Shown: in pieces, positions 9,470-19,400 of the stretch
Layout of the letters: each line of letters begins with the position of its first letter
How positions within the stretch are numbered: the first letter of the stretch is position 1
Sequence record: NC_047815.1
Strand: one strand, 5' to 3'
DNA length: 64,000 nt
Position numbers and translations under genes: made by a program
Notes under the pieces: generated by a model
The model's input: only the letters and a program-made list of their open reading frames with translations
Told to the model about the DNA's origin: nothing
Databases searched by the model: none

Positions 9470-9903
9470 TAATCACCTCTGTCCGAGATAAGCAATGGGC
9501 TGCTTGGCACTTTAGCTGGCGTGGCATAGAAGCAGCCATGCCCATCATTGTACACGAGTAAGCCACCAGACTGAGCTTCGGTCGGGCATACGAAAGTTGT
9601 TATCTTGTCTTGTGGTGGCATATAGCCTACACCAAGATTGCTAAACTTACACCAACGAGCACTGATATCCAGCAAGCTACCTACAACGTTATCAGCAAGA
9701 CGCAGATAGCTTTGATTAAAGTGATGGCTATGACTGATTGGTGCAACAGTATCAACACGAAGCTGGTGGCCGTAGATTGGTTTGTTTACAAGCACAAACA
9801 TGCGACGACCACGAGGAGCTTCTATCTCATGCAAAAAATCTTGCATAAGGTTAGAAAGGTCGCCCAAGAGCAACCCTTTCTTTACACGAAATGGATGAAT
9901 CAT
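9469..9903 (-). CDS. Hypothetical 144-aa protein
   Basis: ORF overlapping both neighbours. Confidence 0.65.
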   Translation of the reverse strand: MIHPFRVKKGLLLGDLSNLMQDFLHEIEAPRGRRMFVLVNKPIYGHQLRVDTVAPISHSHHFNQSYLRLADNVVGSLLDISARWCKFSNLGVGYMPPQDKITTFVCPTEAQSGGLLVYNDGHGCFYATPAKVPSSPLLISDRGD

Positions 9904-11078
9904 GCAGGCAGATATCCGAAGTACAACAGCGTGTCGCCGTCAAACTTATAGTTGAGACTGAACGCTTTCAGATTCTTGATGCTTGAACCATGAAAGCCCA
10001 TAGCATGACGTTCTTCACGTCCAATGTTCTTCAACATTTCACGGACGATACGCATGTCCATCATTGTTGCAATCTCTTTCTCGACGGGTTTACCCAGCGT
10101 CAAACTGTCTTGCACACTACCACTATCGTTACCGAACTTGATACGGAACTCTTTCTTCTTGATCAAGATATGCGCATTGGTACCGCCTTTCTTGTCAAGC
10201 AGAGTTGCAATGTTTGTGAATGGTGCTTGCAGGTCACCTTTAACAACAACACCCACCAGCGGATTACCGAGTTGCGCCAGCATGTTATCGATAAAGCGGT
10301 AGTCTTCGTCGTTCGCCTGAATCGGAGGCAAGGTAAGAACAAAGCTATCGGACTCTGCTGCAAACGAACTGCTGTCAACGTGAAAGTTAACACGCTCTTC
10401 CGCACAGAACTTGCTGACCAAATCAAACATTTCTGAGGTCAAGCTGAAACGGAACTTGTCGGTCTGCTTCTGCAACGGTGCGATGTAACGAGCCGACGTC
10501 CAGTTTCCAGGACTCTGCACGCGAATATCTTTGCCGGTACATTCAACACGACAGATAACAGTTGACGCTGTGATTGGGTCTTTCAGTCGAGCATAACGAA
10601 TGCCTGTGGTCATCTTGTCGATAACTTCACGCGACATTTCATGACCGCCTTTGATATGGTGACGCAGACCTTCTTCAACCATCGGAATCTGTTCTTCCGA
10701 AAGCTGGCGCACTTTAAAGTCAGACTTGTACTTGCCTGTCTTGGCAGTCATCTGAATCATCTTGCCATCAAACGCAAGGTCGAGTTGACCACGCTTGTTG
10801 ATCAGACCAGCAAGCTGAATAGGATCGATGTTGAATACGGTGTCGCGATCTGCTGTAGCACCAGCAACGTGATACGCTACAAACGTATCTGGAGTACGAC
10901 CCAGCACAAACACATCTGAATCATACGTTACCATAAGATGAATGTGAGTTAGCTTATCCGCGCTCTCACTAAATCGAGTAACACTATCTACACGTTTCAA
11001 AATGTCAGACAGAATATTGCCGTCTAACGAAATCGCACAACTAGGACTAATCTTTTTGGGAAGTCGGCATTTCTTCAT
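9900..11078 (-). CDS. dnaN: DNA polymerase sliding clamp, beta-subunit-like (392 aa)
   Basis: Size and three-domain alternating beta/alpha pattern resemble DnaN; located next to the polymerase; highly divergent. Confidence 0.6.
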   Translation of the reverse strand: MKKCRLPKKISPSCAISLDGNILSDILKRVDSVTRFSESADKLTHIHLMVTYDSDVFVLGRTPDTFVAYHVAGATADRDTVFNIDPIQLAGLINKRGQLDLAFDGKMIQMTAKTGKYKSDFKVRQLSEEQIPMVEEGLRHHIKGGHEMSREVIDKMTTGIRYARLKDPITASTVICRVECTGKDIRVQSPGNWTSARYIAPLQKQTDKFRFSLTSEMFDLVSKFCAEERVNFHVDSSSFAAESDSFVLTLPPIQANDEDYRFIDNMLAQLGNPLVGVVVKGDLQAPFTNIATLLDKKGGTNAHILIKKKEFRIKFGNDSGSVQDSLTLGKPVEKEIATMMDMRIVREMLKNIGREERHAMGFHGSSIKNLKAFSLNYKFDGDTLLYFGYLPA

Positions 11079-11340
11079 CTTTTTTCTCTGTTATGAATTG
11101 TAACTGACCTTCGATATTTACAGCTTTAATCGACTGTCCTGTGGAGGCGAATAGTCCATTCAACACTCCGAGAAAATCTGCAACGCAACAGCCTGATGAT
11201 GTGCTGAATACGTCAATGTCTGGCGGCACATCGCCTGGGTTAAGCTGCCAGCAAGTACGCAAGACAGCTAACACAAAGTCAGGACGATGCACCAAGTGCG
11301 TGTTGAGAAAGTCACACGCTTGCTCGGTGCTTATTGTCAA
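11047..11340 (-). CDS. Hypothetical 97-aa protein
   Basis: Overlaps the polymerase stop and the clamp start. Confidence 0.6.
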   Translation of the reverse strand: MTISTEQACDFLNTHLVHRPDFVLAVLRTCWQLNPGDVPPDIDVFSTSSGCCVADFLGVLNGLFASTGQSIKAVNIEGQLQFITEKKDEEMPTSQKD

Positions 11341-14300
11341 TTGAGATAACCTCTTACGGCTTTCTTAACAATACTTTTAGGAATCTTGATCTTCTTCTTG
11401 GCAGGCGCTGAGACTGCTGTTGCGGCTGCGGCTTTCTTGGCACGCTCTTCCGCTTCGAATGCCTCATACTTGGCCGTATTATCAGGAAGTTCACGATGCC
11501 ACTGCTTGATATTCTTCTGATCAAGTTTCGTCAGTGGATTCACTTTGTCCATGCTGCGAATCTTGATGTTGTTAGCCCACAGTTGCTTCTTCATCCAATC
11601 GGACATTAAGCTGTACTGGTTTTCCATGATGCTGTCAAGAACCTGCTCAACATCAAGGTCTTTCTCACCAAGCTCGTCACGCTTCTGCTCCAGACCTTTC
11701 TGAATCAGTTTACGCAGCTTCGCATACGAGAAGTCCCAGCCACCAACATCTTTCTCTGATGCACCGATTTCAAAATCAATCTCAGGCACAGAGGTAAACT
11801 CGAACCCATGACGCTCTTTAACTATCTGCACAACGGCTGAGGTCATCGCACGCTCAATCATATCAAGCGCAAGGAATATCCAGTCGTAAGCACAGTCTAC
11901 GGTTAAGGAGTCATGTACAGATACGTTAAGCGCAAAGTCAGGATATTTACCATTCGCTTTCCAGTATTCGTACTTCATACGGTCAAGAATACGAATAGCC
12001 GACATCATCAAGTCAGAACCAAATCCCTGCACTGGACTGTTTACTGCACGACGATCACAGGCTGCATGAACCATGTTTGCTTCACGATGCGACTCAGGCA
12101 CCATAAAGCCCCACAGATGACGACGACGACCAACTGGTGATTCTACGTAATAGTGTTCATGAGCAAAGCGTTTGATCTTCTCAAACCACTTCAAGCCGAT
12201 TGGGAAACGTTTAAGGAACTTCGCTTTAATGTCAGCTATCTCCTCAACTTCACGTCCCGTTGACTTCGCAAGACCTTTATCACCTTGCTGATAGATAAGA
12301 CCAAAGATTACCGTTTTAACCGCGTTACGAATCGGCTTGGTAACTTCCATGATCGGAACACCGAAGAAGTAACTAGCGTTAATCTTGTGAACGTCACCTT
12401 CAATATCAACAAGGTGGTGAATCCAAGGATCAGGCACAGTACGATAACGGTGGCGCAAGCGACGACCAACTTCAAACACTTCTGCAACTTCTGCGTCTCC
12501 ACTGATGATTGACCAACCACGAACTTCGTGTGCTGAGTAGTCGACCTTGATAAGCAAGCGTCCAGGACGCGCAATCAAGATACGTTTAATCAACTTGCCC
12601 AGTTCACTACGGCTAGGCACCTGCTGTAAATTTGGATCAGATGCAGATGTACGACCTGTCACAACTCCGAGATAACTATACGTCGGTCGGATTGAACGGT
12701 CATGCTTGAAGTCTTCTGACTCACCCCACAGTCTAAGCAAACTGTTTACGTAAGCATTCTTTAGCTTGTACGCTTTGCCCAGCTTGTTGTACAACGACAC
12801 CAGTGGAACATCTTTGTACGCCTCTTGGAAGTCTTTATCGAGCTTACCCGTCGGCTTACCGTTGTCGCGCTTCTTCTCACCTTCTTTCAGCGGCTTGAGC
12901 TTCATCACATCAAAGAACAGGACTTGTTTGTGCTCGTTCTTTGACATATCAAACTTGGTTACTTCGACTCTTCCCATCAGACCAAACTTAGGCACATCAT
13001 CATCTACCAAGATAGCTTTGTTTGCTGCTTTAACTTCTGGACTGTTCAGGAAGTCACGCTCAACGTTTTTGATTTCTTCGTTGATTGGACTGTTCGGCAG
13101 GTTCAGTTTAAACAGATAATCAATATCTGCCATCGCACCTGTCGTTTCCATAATTGAGAACGCATGAATCTGGTCTGAGATTTGTTCCGAGACCATACTG
13201 TTGTACTTGGCGTACTTGATATCCTTCGCACGTTTAACTTGCTGCTCGGCAATCAAGAACGGAACGATAACGTCAAGTCCAGCATATTCTTGAACTGATT
13301 CGTCAAGGTCAACGTCTGCGATTGTCGCACGTTTCTCTTTACCGAACGTCACGTCATAATAAACAGTCGTTCCATACTGCATCGCAAGGTTAGCCAAGTT
13401 ATAATAACCATGACCAAACAATGTCATCAAGTTCTTTGCATTCTCGTCAAACGCAAACTCACCTGCCTGAATATCCCACACGTTAGCAGCATAACTACGA
13501 ATACCAAAGTTAGATCGCAACACGTTCAGGTCGAACTTGGCGTTTACGTAGATCTGATACTTGTTCTGGTTTTCTTCAAAGTAATCACGCATCAGGTCAC
13601 TGATCTTGCGCAACTCCTTAGGACTGAACGGGCTATCACGATGATAGATAGGAATAACATAGGCTGTCTTGCCGTCTGAGGACAACTGAACGGTCATCAA
13701 TTTGTTCTTGATTCGGTTCAAGTTCTCTGTTTCTGTATCGACTGCGACCTTCTTCGCTTTCTTCATCATGCGCAGAACTTTCTCTACGCCTTTGATTGTC
13801 GTTACATACTTGAGATTCCAGTTACGGTTCTTGCCGCACGTTACTTGAGGAATACGGTACGGCATTCCTTTCTGAAACATAGGCAACATCCAGCGCGACA
13901 TATAACCCAGCGTGTAGCTTGTGCCTTTGATGTTACGTGGATTCAGCACTGCGTTGTAGCTCACGTTTGGAACATGAACAAACTTGTGCTTGCCGTTTTT
14001 GGTCTTGAGTGAGGTTGGAATCTCAACACCATACCAGTTATGCGCAAGTCCACCGCTGTAGTTGATCTTGTCAGCGTTGAGTGCCTTAAATGGTTCTGTG
14101 CCAAACGTCATTACATAATCAGGCTTATACTCAACGATCATATCACGAATGCGTTGGCTAAATGCTTCTGCCGCATCTGACTTGTACTGTTCAGACTTTT
14201 CATAGGTCTTGAACATGTTGTAGCTTACAACAAGGAAGTTCCAGTCATCAATCGTTGTCTTGAGTGGAAACACATCTTCAAGATACTGAATCTGATTGAG

Positions 14301-14498
14301 GAACACAGCACCAGTCGTGCCGCTGAATATCTTACCGTTTTCTAAATCTTCTGACGGCATGTGGTCAAGAATAAACAATGCCTTGCCGCCCTTATTCGTC
14401 TTGCTCGTGCCTTTAAGCACACGAACAAAATCGTAACTCTGCACGTCGGAAAATGACTTAGGCAGATCAAAGTCTAGTGCCAAATGTTTTGTCTTCAC
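11337..14498 (-). CDS. Family A DNA polymerase with N-terminal UDG-like domain and 3'-5' exonuclease (1053 aa)
   Basis: ExoI AVDTETE, ExoII NAKFD, ExoIII YAGLD; TGRTSASDPNLQQVP; motif A DYSAHEVR; motif B RNAVKTVIFGLIY; motif C VHDS; GTG start. Confidence 0.95.
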   Translation of the reverse strand: MKTKHLALDFDLPKSFSDVQSYDFVRVLKGTSKTNKGGKALFILDHMPSEDLENGKIFSGTTGAVFLNQIQYLEDVFPLKTTIDDWNFLVVSYNMFKTYEKSEQYKSDAAEAFSQRIRDMIVEYKPDYVMTFGTEPFKALNADKINYSGGLAHNWYGVEIPTSLKTKNGKHKFVHVPNVSYNAVLNPRNIKGTSYTLGYMSRWMLPMFQKGMPYRIPQVTCGKNRNWNLKYVTTIKGVEKVLRMMKKAKKVAVDTETENLNRIKNKLMTVQLSSDGKTAYVIPIYHRDSPFSPKELRKISDLMRDYFEENQNKYQIYVNAKFDLNVLRSNFGIRSYAANVWDIQAGEFAFDENAKNLMTLFGHGYYNLANLAMQYGTTVYYDVTFGKEKRATIADVDLDESVQEYAGLDVIVPFLIAEQQVKRAKDIKYAKYNSMVSEQISDQIHAFSIMETTGAMADIDYLFKLNLPNSPINEEIKNVERDFLNSPEVKAANKAILVDDDVPKFGLMGRVEVTKFDMSKNEHKQVLFFDVMKLKPLKEGEKKRDNGKPTGKLDKDFQEAYKDVPLVSLYNKLGKAYKLKNAYVNSLLRLWGESEDFKHDRSIRPTYSYLGVVTGRTSASDPNLQQVPSRSELGKLIKRILIARPGRLLIKVDYSAHEVRGWSIISGDAEVAEVFEVGRRLRHRYRTVPDPWIHHLVDIEGDVHKINASYFFGVPIMEVTKPIRNAVKTVIFGLIYQQGDKGLAKSTGREVEEIADIKAKFLKRFPIGLKWFEKIKRFAHEHYYVESPVGRRRHLWGFMVPESHREANMVHAACDRRAVNSPVQGFGSDLMMSAIRILDRMKYEYWKANGKYPDFALNVSVHDSLTVDCAYDWIFLALDMIERAMTSAVVQIVKERHGFEFTSVPEIDFEIGASEKDVGGWDFSYAKLRKLIQKGLEQKRDELGEKDLDVEQVLDSIMENQYSLMSDWMKKQLWANNIKIRSMDKVNPLTKLDQKNIKQWHRELPDNTAKYEAFEAEERAKKAAAATAVSAPAKKKIKIPKSIVKKAVRGYLN

Positions 14499-14541
14499 AC
14501 AGTAAGCCCTTATGTTCGGTGTGAGATATAAATCACATTTG

Positions 14542-14550
14542 TATTTACAG
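14542..14550 (-). promoter_or_regulatory. CTGTAAATA promoter-like motif upstream of the polymerase
   Basis: Intergenic exact copy. Confidence 0.55.
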
Positions 14551-14572
14551 TTTCCAAACTGTATGGGAATAG

Positions 14573-14601
14573 AAAAAGGGATAGCCTAAGCCATCCCTTT
14601 A
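14573..14601 (-). terminator. Intrinsic terminator with cUUAGg loop
   Basis: AAAAGGGAUGGC-UUAG-GCUAUCCCUUUU on minus. Confidence 0.75.
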
Positions 14602-14606
14602 GAGTG

Positions 14607-15755
14607 TTATTTACGCTTCTTGTTATGAATGAAAGCACGCATGCCGTCAAAGTCGTTGGCAGTGAAGGACTTGCTATCAGAGCCGTCGCCTGGTGTAATG
14701 ATCCACTTGCCTTTGTCTGTTCCGTTGTACGGATCATCAAAGCTAATGTGCAGACTGTTGGTGCCGACGTGACCATCGATTTCCCATTCTTCGCCTGGTT
14801 TAGACTTGAATGATTCGCCGCTGTTGTCGATGCCATACACCAAACTATCAGCACCAAGCACTTGAGCCAGCTTTTTGGTAAACGTGACACGCTGAGTATG
14901 CGTCATGTTGCGAAGTTCAGTGATCTTATATGTCTTAGGCATATCAACTGCTTTGACCTTATTGATCACAGAACTAGTCTTGCCTACAACCGCACGGACT
15001 TCTTTGGCGAGAGCAGCCGCAGTTGGTTTACGCATAGGGCTACCGAATGCAAACTTACCACCTTTCGTTTCAGCCGACACAGACCAATCAGAGGACGATG
15101 AATATTCGTTGAAGTGGAAAGGAGGATCGATTGATACGCTGACATAGCGACCGTTAGGGTTCAGCGCAACAAAGTGCCACGGACTTGATTGACCATTAGC
15201 ATTCTGTACAGGCAGACCAGCAAACTCCAGACCAGTAGCTTCTGAGATCTGTGCGGCGATGCTGTCAATCTGCGCCTGACTGACGGTATTCATGAACTTC
15301 GGACTAATGCTTGCGATGTTCACTTTAGGCAAGTCTTTCTGCGTGTTGGTGCGAGCAGCAACAACTGGTTTGCCTGGAGTCTTGGTACGCGCTGTAGGAG
15401 TGGCAGTACCTTTCAGACCAGTCTTTGAAGCACGCGGAGCTTTAATCTGACGCAGGGCGTTAACAATCTGCACCAGAGTTTTAGCCTGCACTAATGCACG
15501 CACACCAGTGATGGTAGACTTGCCACCAGCAGTTTTCTTGAATGCTGCAACCTGTGCGCTGTCAGTTTTCAACAGGTCAAGGACGGGCAGCACTTTGGTA
15601 TCGGTGTTGAGTTCTTTGATCTTGTGCAGGTCTTCGAGACGCTTGACGATAGCTTCACCCTTAGTACCAAACAGTTCTTTGGCTAAGGCTACCTGTGCTT
15701 TAGTTGCAGAGGTTGAAGCAACGCCCGTGTTGAGGTTGAGATTAATCAGAGGCAT
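14607..15755 (-). CDS. Hypothetical 382-aa protein with Lys/Ala/Thr-rich N-half and two C-terminal globular segments
   Basis: Long ORF with genome-typical codon usage. Confidence 0.75.
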   Translation of the reverse strand: MPLINLNLNTGVASTSATKAQVALAKELFGTKGEAIVKRLEDLHKIKELNTDTKVLPVLDLLKTDSAQVAAFKKTAGGKSTITGVRALVQAKTLVQIVNALRQIKAPRASKTGLKGTATPTARTKTPGKPVVAARTNTQKDLPKVNIASISPKFMNTVSQAQIDSIAAQISEATGLEFAGLPVQNANGQSSPWHFVALNPNGRYVSVSIDPPFHFNEYSSSSDWSVSAETKGGKFAFGSPMRKPTAAALAKEVRAVVGKTSSVINKVKAVDMPKTYKITELRNMTHTQRVTFTKKLAQVLGADSLVYGIDNSGESFKSKPGEEWEIDGHVGTNSLHISFDDPYNGTDKGKWIITPGDGSDSKSFTANDFDGMRAFIHNKKRK

Positions 15756-16384
15756 TATTTGCGTCCCTTATTACGATTTTTCAGCCAGTCATTTTGCTGC
15801 TGAGATTTATCTTCGGACGTAGAGTCTTCTTTGCCTTCTTGAAGGCTGTCTGCGTCCTCGTCCACTTCCTCTTCTGACTCCTGTGCCTGTTTCTCAGACT
15901 CATCAGAAGGCTCTGCTGTTTGCTCGCGGTTGGTATCGGCGTTCGCATCATACGGCTTGAGCGTATCTACTTTTACAGCTTCCGATTGATGCTGACCGCG
16001 TGCTGTGATCTGTGGCTGTTGTTCATCATGCACAGGCTCAACATTCTCTGCCTGCATAACGTGATTGTGAACATGCTCTGCGGTCAGCATCTGGCCTTTC
16101 TCTGACGCGAGAATTTCTTCGGCACGCGCTTGATCCCACTTGTCCCACAGAATATCAAGACCTTGATAGCTGTAGTTCATGCCTTTAGGCAGCTTGCCAC
16201 GACCAACAAACGGCAAACCATTAGAAGGCACGGCGGGTTCAAACGAATCGTCGAGTTCCCACTTCGCTTTAGCAGCAACACACTTCGGGCCCCAAGCACC
16301 ATCACACACGCCGTCATAGTAACCAAGCATGGTCATGATCAGTTGTTGCTTTTGATAGAATTTATTAAGCATGATCTTCTCCAC
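15755..16384 (-). CDS. 209-aa protein with peptidoglycan-binding-like N-terminus and acidic tail
   Basis: QLIMTMLGYYDGVCDGAWGPKC matches the PG_binding_1 pattern LGY..G..DG.FGP.T; C-terminal third is E/D/Q-rich. Confidence 0.55.
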   Translation of the reverse strand: MEKIMLNKFYQKQQLIMTMLGYYDGVCDGAWGPKCVAAKAKWELDDSFEPAVPSNGLPFVGRGKLPKGMNYSYQGLDILWDKWDQARAEEILASEKGQMLTAEHVHNHVMQAENVEPVHDEQQPQITARGQHQSEAVKVDTLKPYDANADTNREQTAEPSDESEKQAQESEEEVDEDADSLQEGKEDSTSEDKSQQQNDWLKNRNKGRK

Positions 16385-16407
16385 GAAGAAAGGGGCCGAA
16401 GCCCCTT
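16385..16407 (-). terminator. Intrinsic terminator with cUUCGg loop
   Basis: AAGGGGC-UUCG-GCCCCUU followed by UCUUC. Confidence 0.75.
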
Positions 16408-16410
16408 ATG

Positions 16411-19400
16411 TCACACGTCTGTTGATTTAGACTGAGTGAGTTTAAGTTTTTCAAGTGCAGCGATGCATCGTTTGAAATTAGTAACCTTGTAGCCTGCTTT
16501 CATGATCTTGGTCAAGCGTGCTTTAGCCGTAGCCACGTTCTTAACAAAGCCAATCCACATACCACTAGATTTCTCAAACGTACCGAACTTACGCATGTTC
16601 GGAATCTTCTGCCCTGCGATACGCGCCATCTTAGGGTTAGTGGCAAGGTCGAACATGATACGCATACGATCTTGCATAACCATTGGGTAGCATTTGACGT
16701 GTGCTTTGTCGTTTGCTGCCTTGTGGCGAATCAGGAAGAACTGTTTCAGGCTCGACTGCATGTGGGTTGCAATCTGAGTATCAAACGTCAAGCGTTTGCC
16801 TGTAAACATATCCTGAATGAACTCCAGACGCTTAGAACTCGGACCATCGAATTCCAATTTCTTGGTGATTTCGATATAGTCGAGGAAGCGTTCAAAGTCC
16901 TCGTAGTAATACAGGTCGATAAACACATAGTCACCGAACTCTACAAACTCAAACTGCTTCATCGATTTTGCATCGGCATCTGCGGAATCAGCATACAGCG
17001 CAACAAAGCCGTTGTACACAGTCGGAGTAATCTCCAGACTCATATCAGCGCCAGACAAGTCTTCGAGGCTAACAGCTTTGGTACCGACACGTACTGCCTT
17101 CGCAGCAGGCTTGATTGTGTTATTGAGTTCAGGCAGGGTTTCAACACGACGCACGCGTTTAGCCGCTTCCTTAACACCCTCATTAACAGGTTTCTTCTGC
17201 GCGACATTCTCAGCACGTTTCTTGGCGCGAGCCGTTTCACGTTCAACCTTGATGACTTTCTTGCGAGTCTCGGTCGTGTTAACAGTTGCTGTTTCGTCTT
17301 GAATGCTTTCTTCCACTTCAATACGATTGGCTTCTGCGTTAGCACGCTTACGATCCTGTTCAGTTGCCCAAGGCTTACGCACTTTGAAGAACGTATCAAG
17401 GTCGCGTTTGCCTACTTTCATTGCACAGTGAATTTTGGTTGCTGGGATAGTGACAAGTTCTTCACTGCCAGCAAGACGCACACGCACAGTTGAAATAGGG
17501 CTGTCTGATTTCAGCTTGCCATCAACGTTACGCACGTTAACACCAACGATGATACCGTTACCGAACTCAGTCACAACAGGCATACGATGCACACTGTTTT
17601 TCAGCGTCTCACCATCACCGAAGTTCTGACCACGTGCCCAATCAAGCAGACGCACAAGACCCCAGTTGTTACGGTCTGGAATCTTCTGGTTAGCAACGAT
17701 AGGGAACTGATCAAGCACACGGAAGTTACGCAGTGCAGGCTCTGGAGTCAGAGGCAGCATTGCAGCAACCGTAGTCTTACGCATTTCTGCGAACTCAGCG
17801 GTTTCGATTTCGTTGAGGTCACGCTTGGCAAGGAAGTAGTCGATGAAGTCTTCCATGGTGTTTGCGTTGATCAAGAGGTTTTTATTCATCTTGATTGGAG
17901 GCAGTTCATACTTATCGAGATCAGCATAACGCTCGTTGCCTTTCTCATCGAACTGAGTTTTCTCCAGCGTCTTCCACATGAGACGTGCAACTTTACCAAC
18001 TTCCAGCGTGCGGTTAGTCATGATCCAGTCGATGAATACCAGCTCACGTTTCATGTCACCAGCTTTGCCGTTCTCGTCAATCTGTGCCGCAGCAACATCA
18101 GGACGGAAGATACGTGCGGTTGACTGGTCATACACACCAGGAGACCAAGGCGTATCGACACGAATGATACGACTACCCATCTGCATGTTGTGGCCTTCTG
18201 AGATTGCCTGTTCGTTGGCAATCAGAATCTGCACATCAGGGTTGGTCTTGAACGCATCGAGGTTAGCAACTTTGTCTTGACCCAGCTTGCCGACTTCACC
18301 GTGGAACAACACAGCAACGCGCTTGTATTGCTCAGGTAAGGCATTGTAAACTGCGTTAGCACTACGAGTATAGCGCGTAAACACAATCAGCTTGCCCTGC
18401 ACCTCTTCTTTCCAGTATTCTGGATCTTCTGGAGGCGGAGTCATTGACGGCGGCAGCATGTTACGACGATAACCATCGGTCTGCTTACGGGCCATGAACT
18501 TACGGCCTTGGTAAACAGCAATGTCATACTCTTTCGGTACAACGCCTGGTGACCAATCGTAGGTCTGCTGTTCGTTGCCTGTCTCTGGATCGGTATCGCG
18601 TTCCTTCTGAACTTCAAAGTGCTTGCGAATACGTTCAACCACAGTCAGCACTTTAACAGAGGTGAACTCTTTGACGCCAGCCTGCTCGAAGGTCTCACGC
18701 GCAATGTCGTCGCCCATCGGGTCAGTCAACATCTGCTCCATACGCTGGAAGTACAGATTGAGGTCAGCGTTTGATGCAAGCAGTGCGCCCAACACATCGC
18801 CATCTTCTGACGTGTCTAAGTCGTTCGGGTCAATGCCGGATTCATCTTCTGACTCACCACCATCACCAGTACCTTCTTCATCATCCTCGTCACCGCCACC
18901 AGCTTTCTTCTTCGCGTCAGCAGCCGCTTGATCAAGAAGGTCTAACAGCTCTTGATACATCGCATCGTAGGTCTGTTTGTGCAGGTCAGAGTATGGAACC
19001 TTAGCCGAGTCAATGTCAACGTTCAGGAACGTATCGATTGGGTTAGGAAGCATAAACGCCCATGACTTACGCTTGTACGCAATGAAAGCTGTGTGATTCG
19101 ACAGACGACTGTGCGCACGACGAATCATGGCAAGCGTACCATCCCCTTGATCAGTAATATCAAGGTTGTCGCCAAAGATAGCAGGAGTTAACAGCGCAGC
19201 CTGACCAACAATGTCTGACACGCGGTCTGTTACCAGAGTACCAGTAGCGATACGCGCATAGCGAACACTTGGTGCGGTAAAGATTGCTTTGGCGTTGAAG
19301 TGTACCTGACTACCTGACTGACCGCCAGAGTAGTTCTTGACCTTGTGCGATTCATCGATAATCACGTAGCTAAAGTTGAAACGATTAACAAACTCAACAG

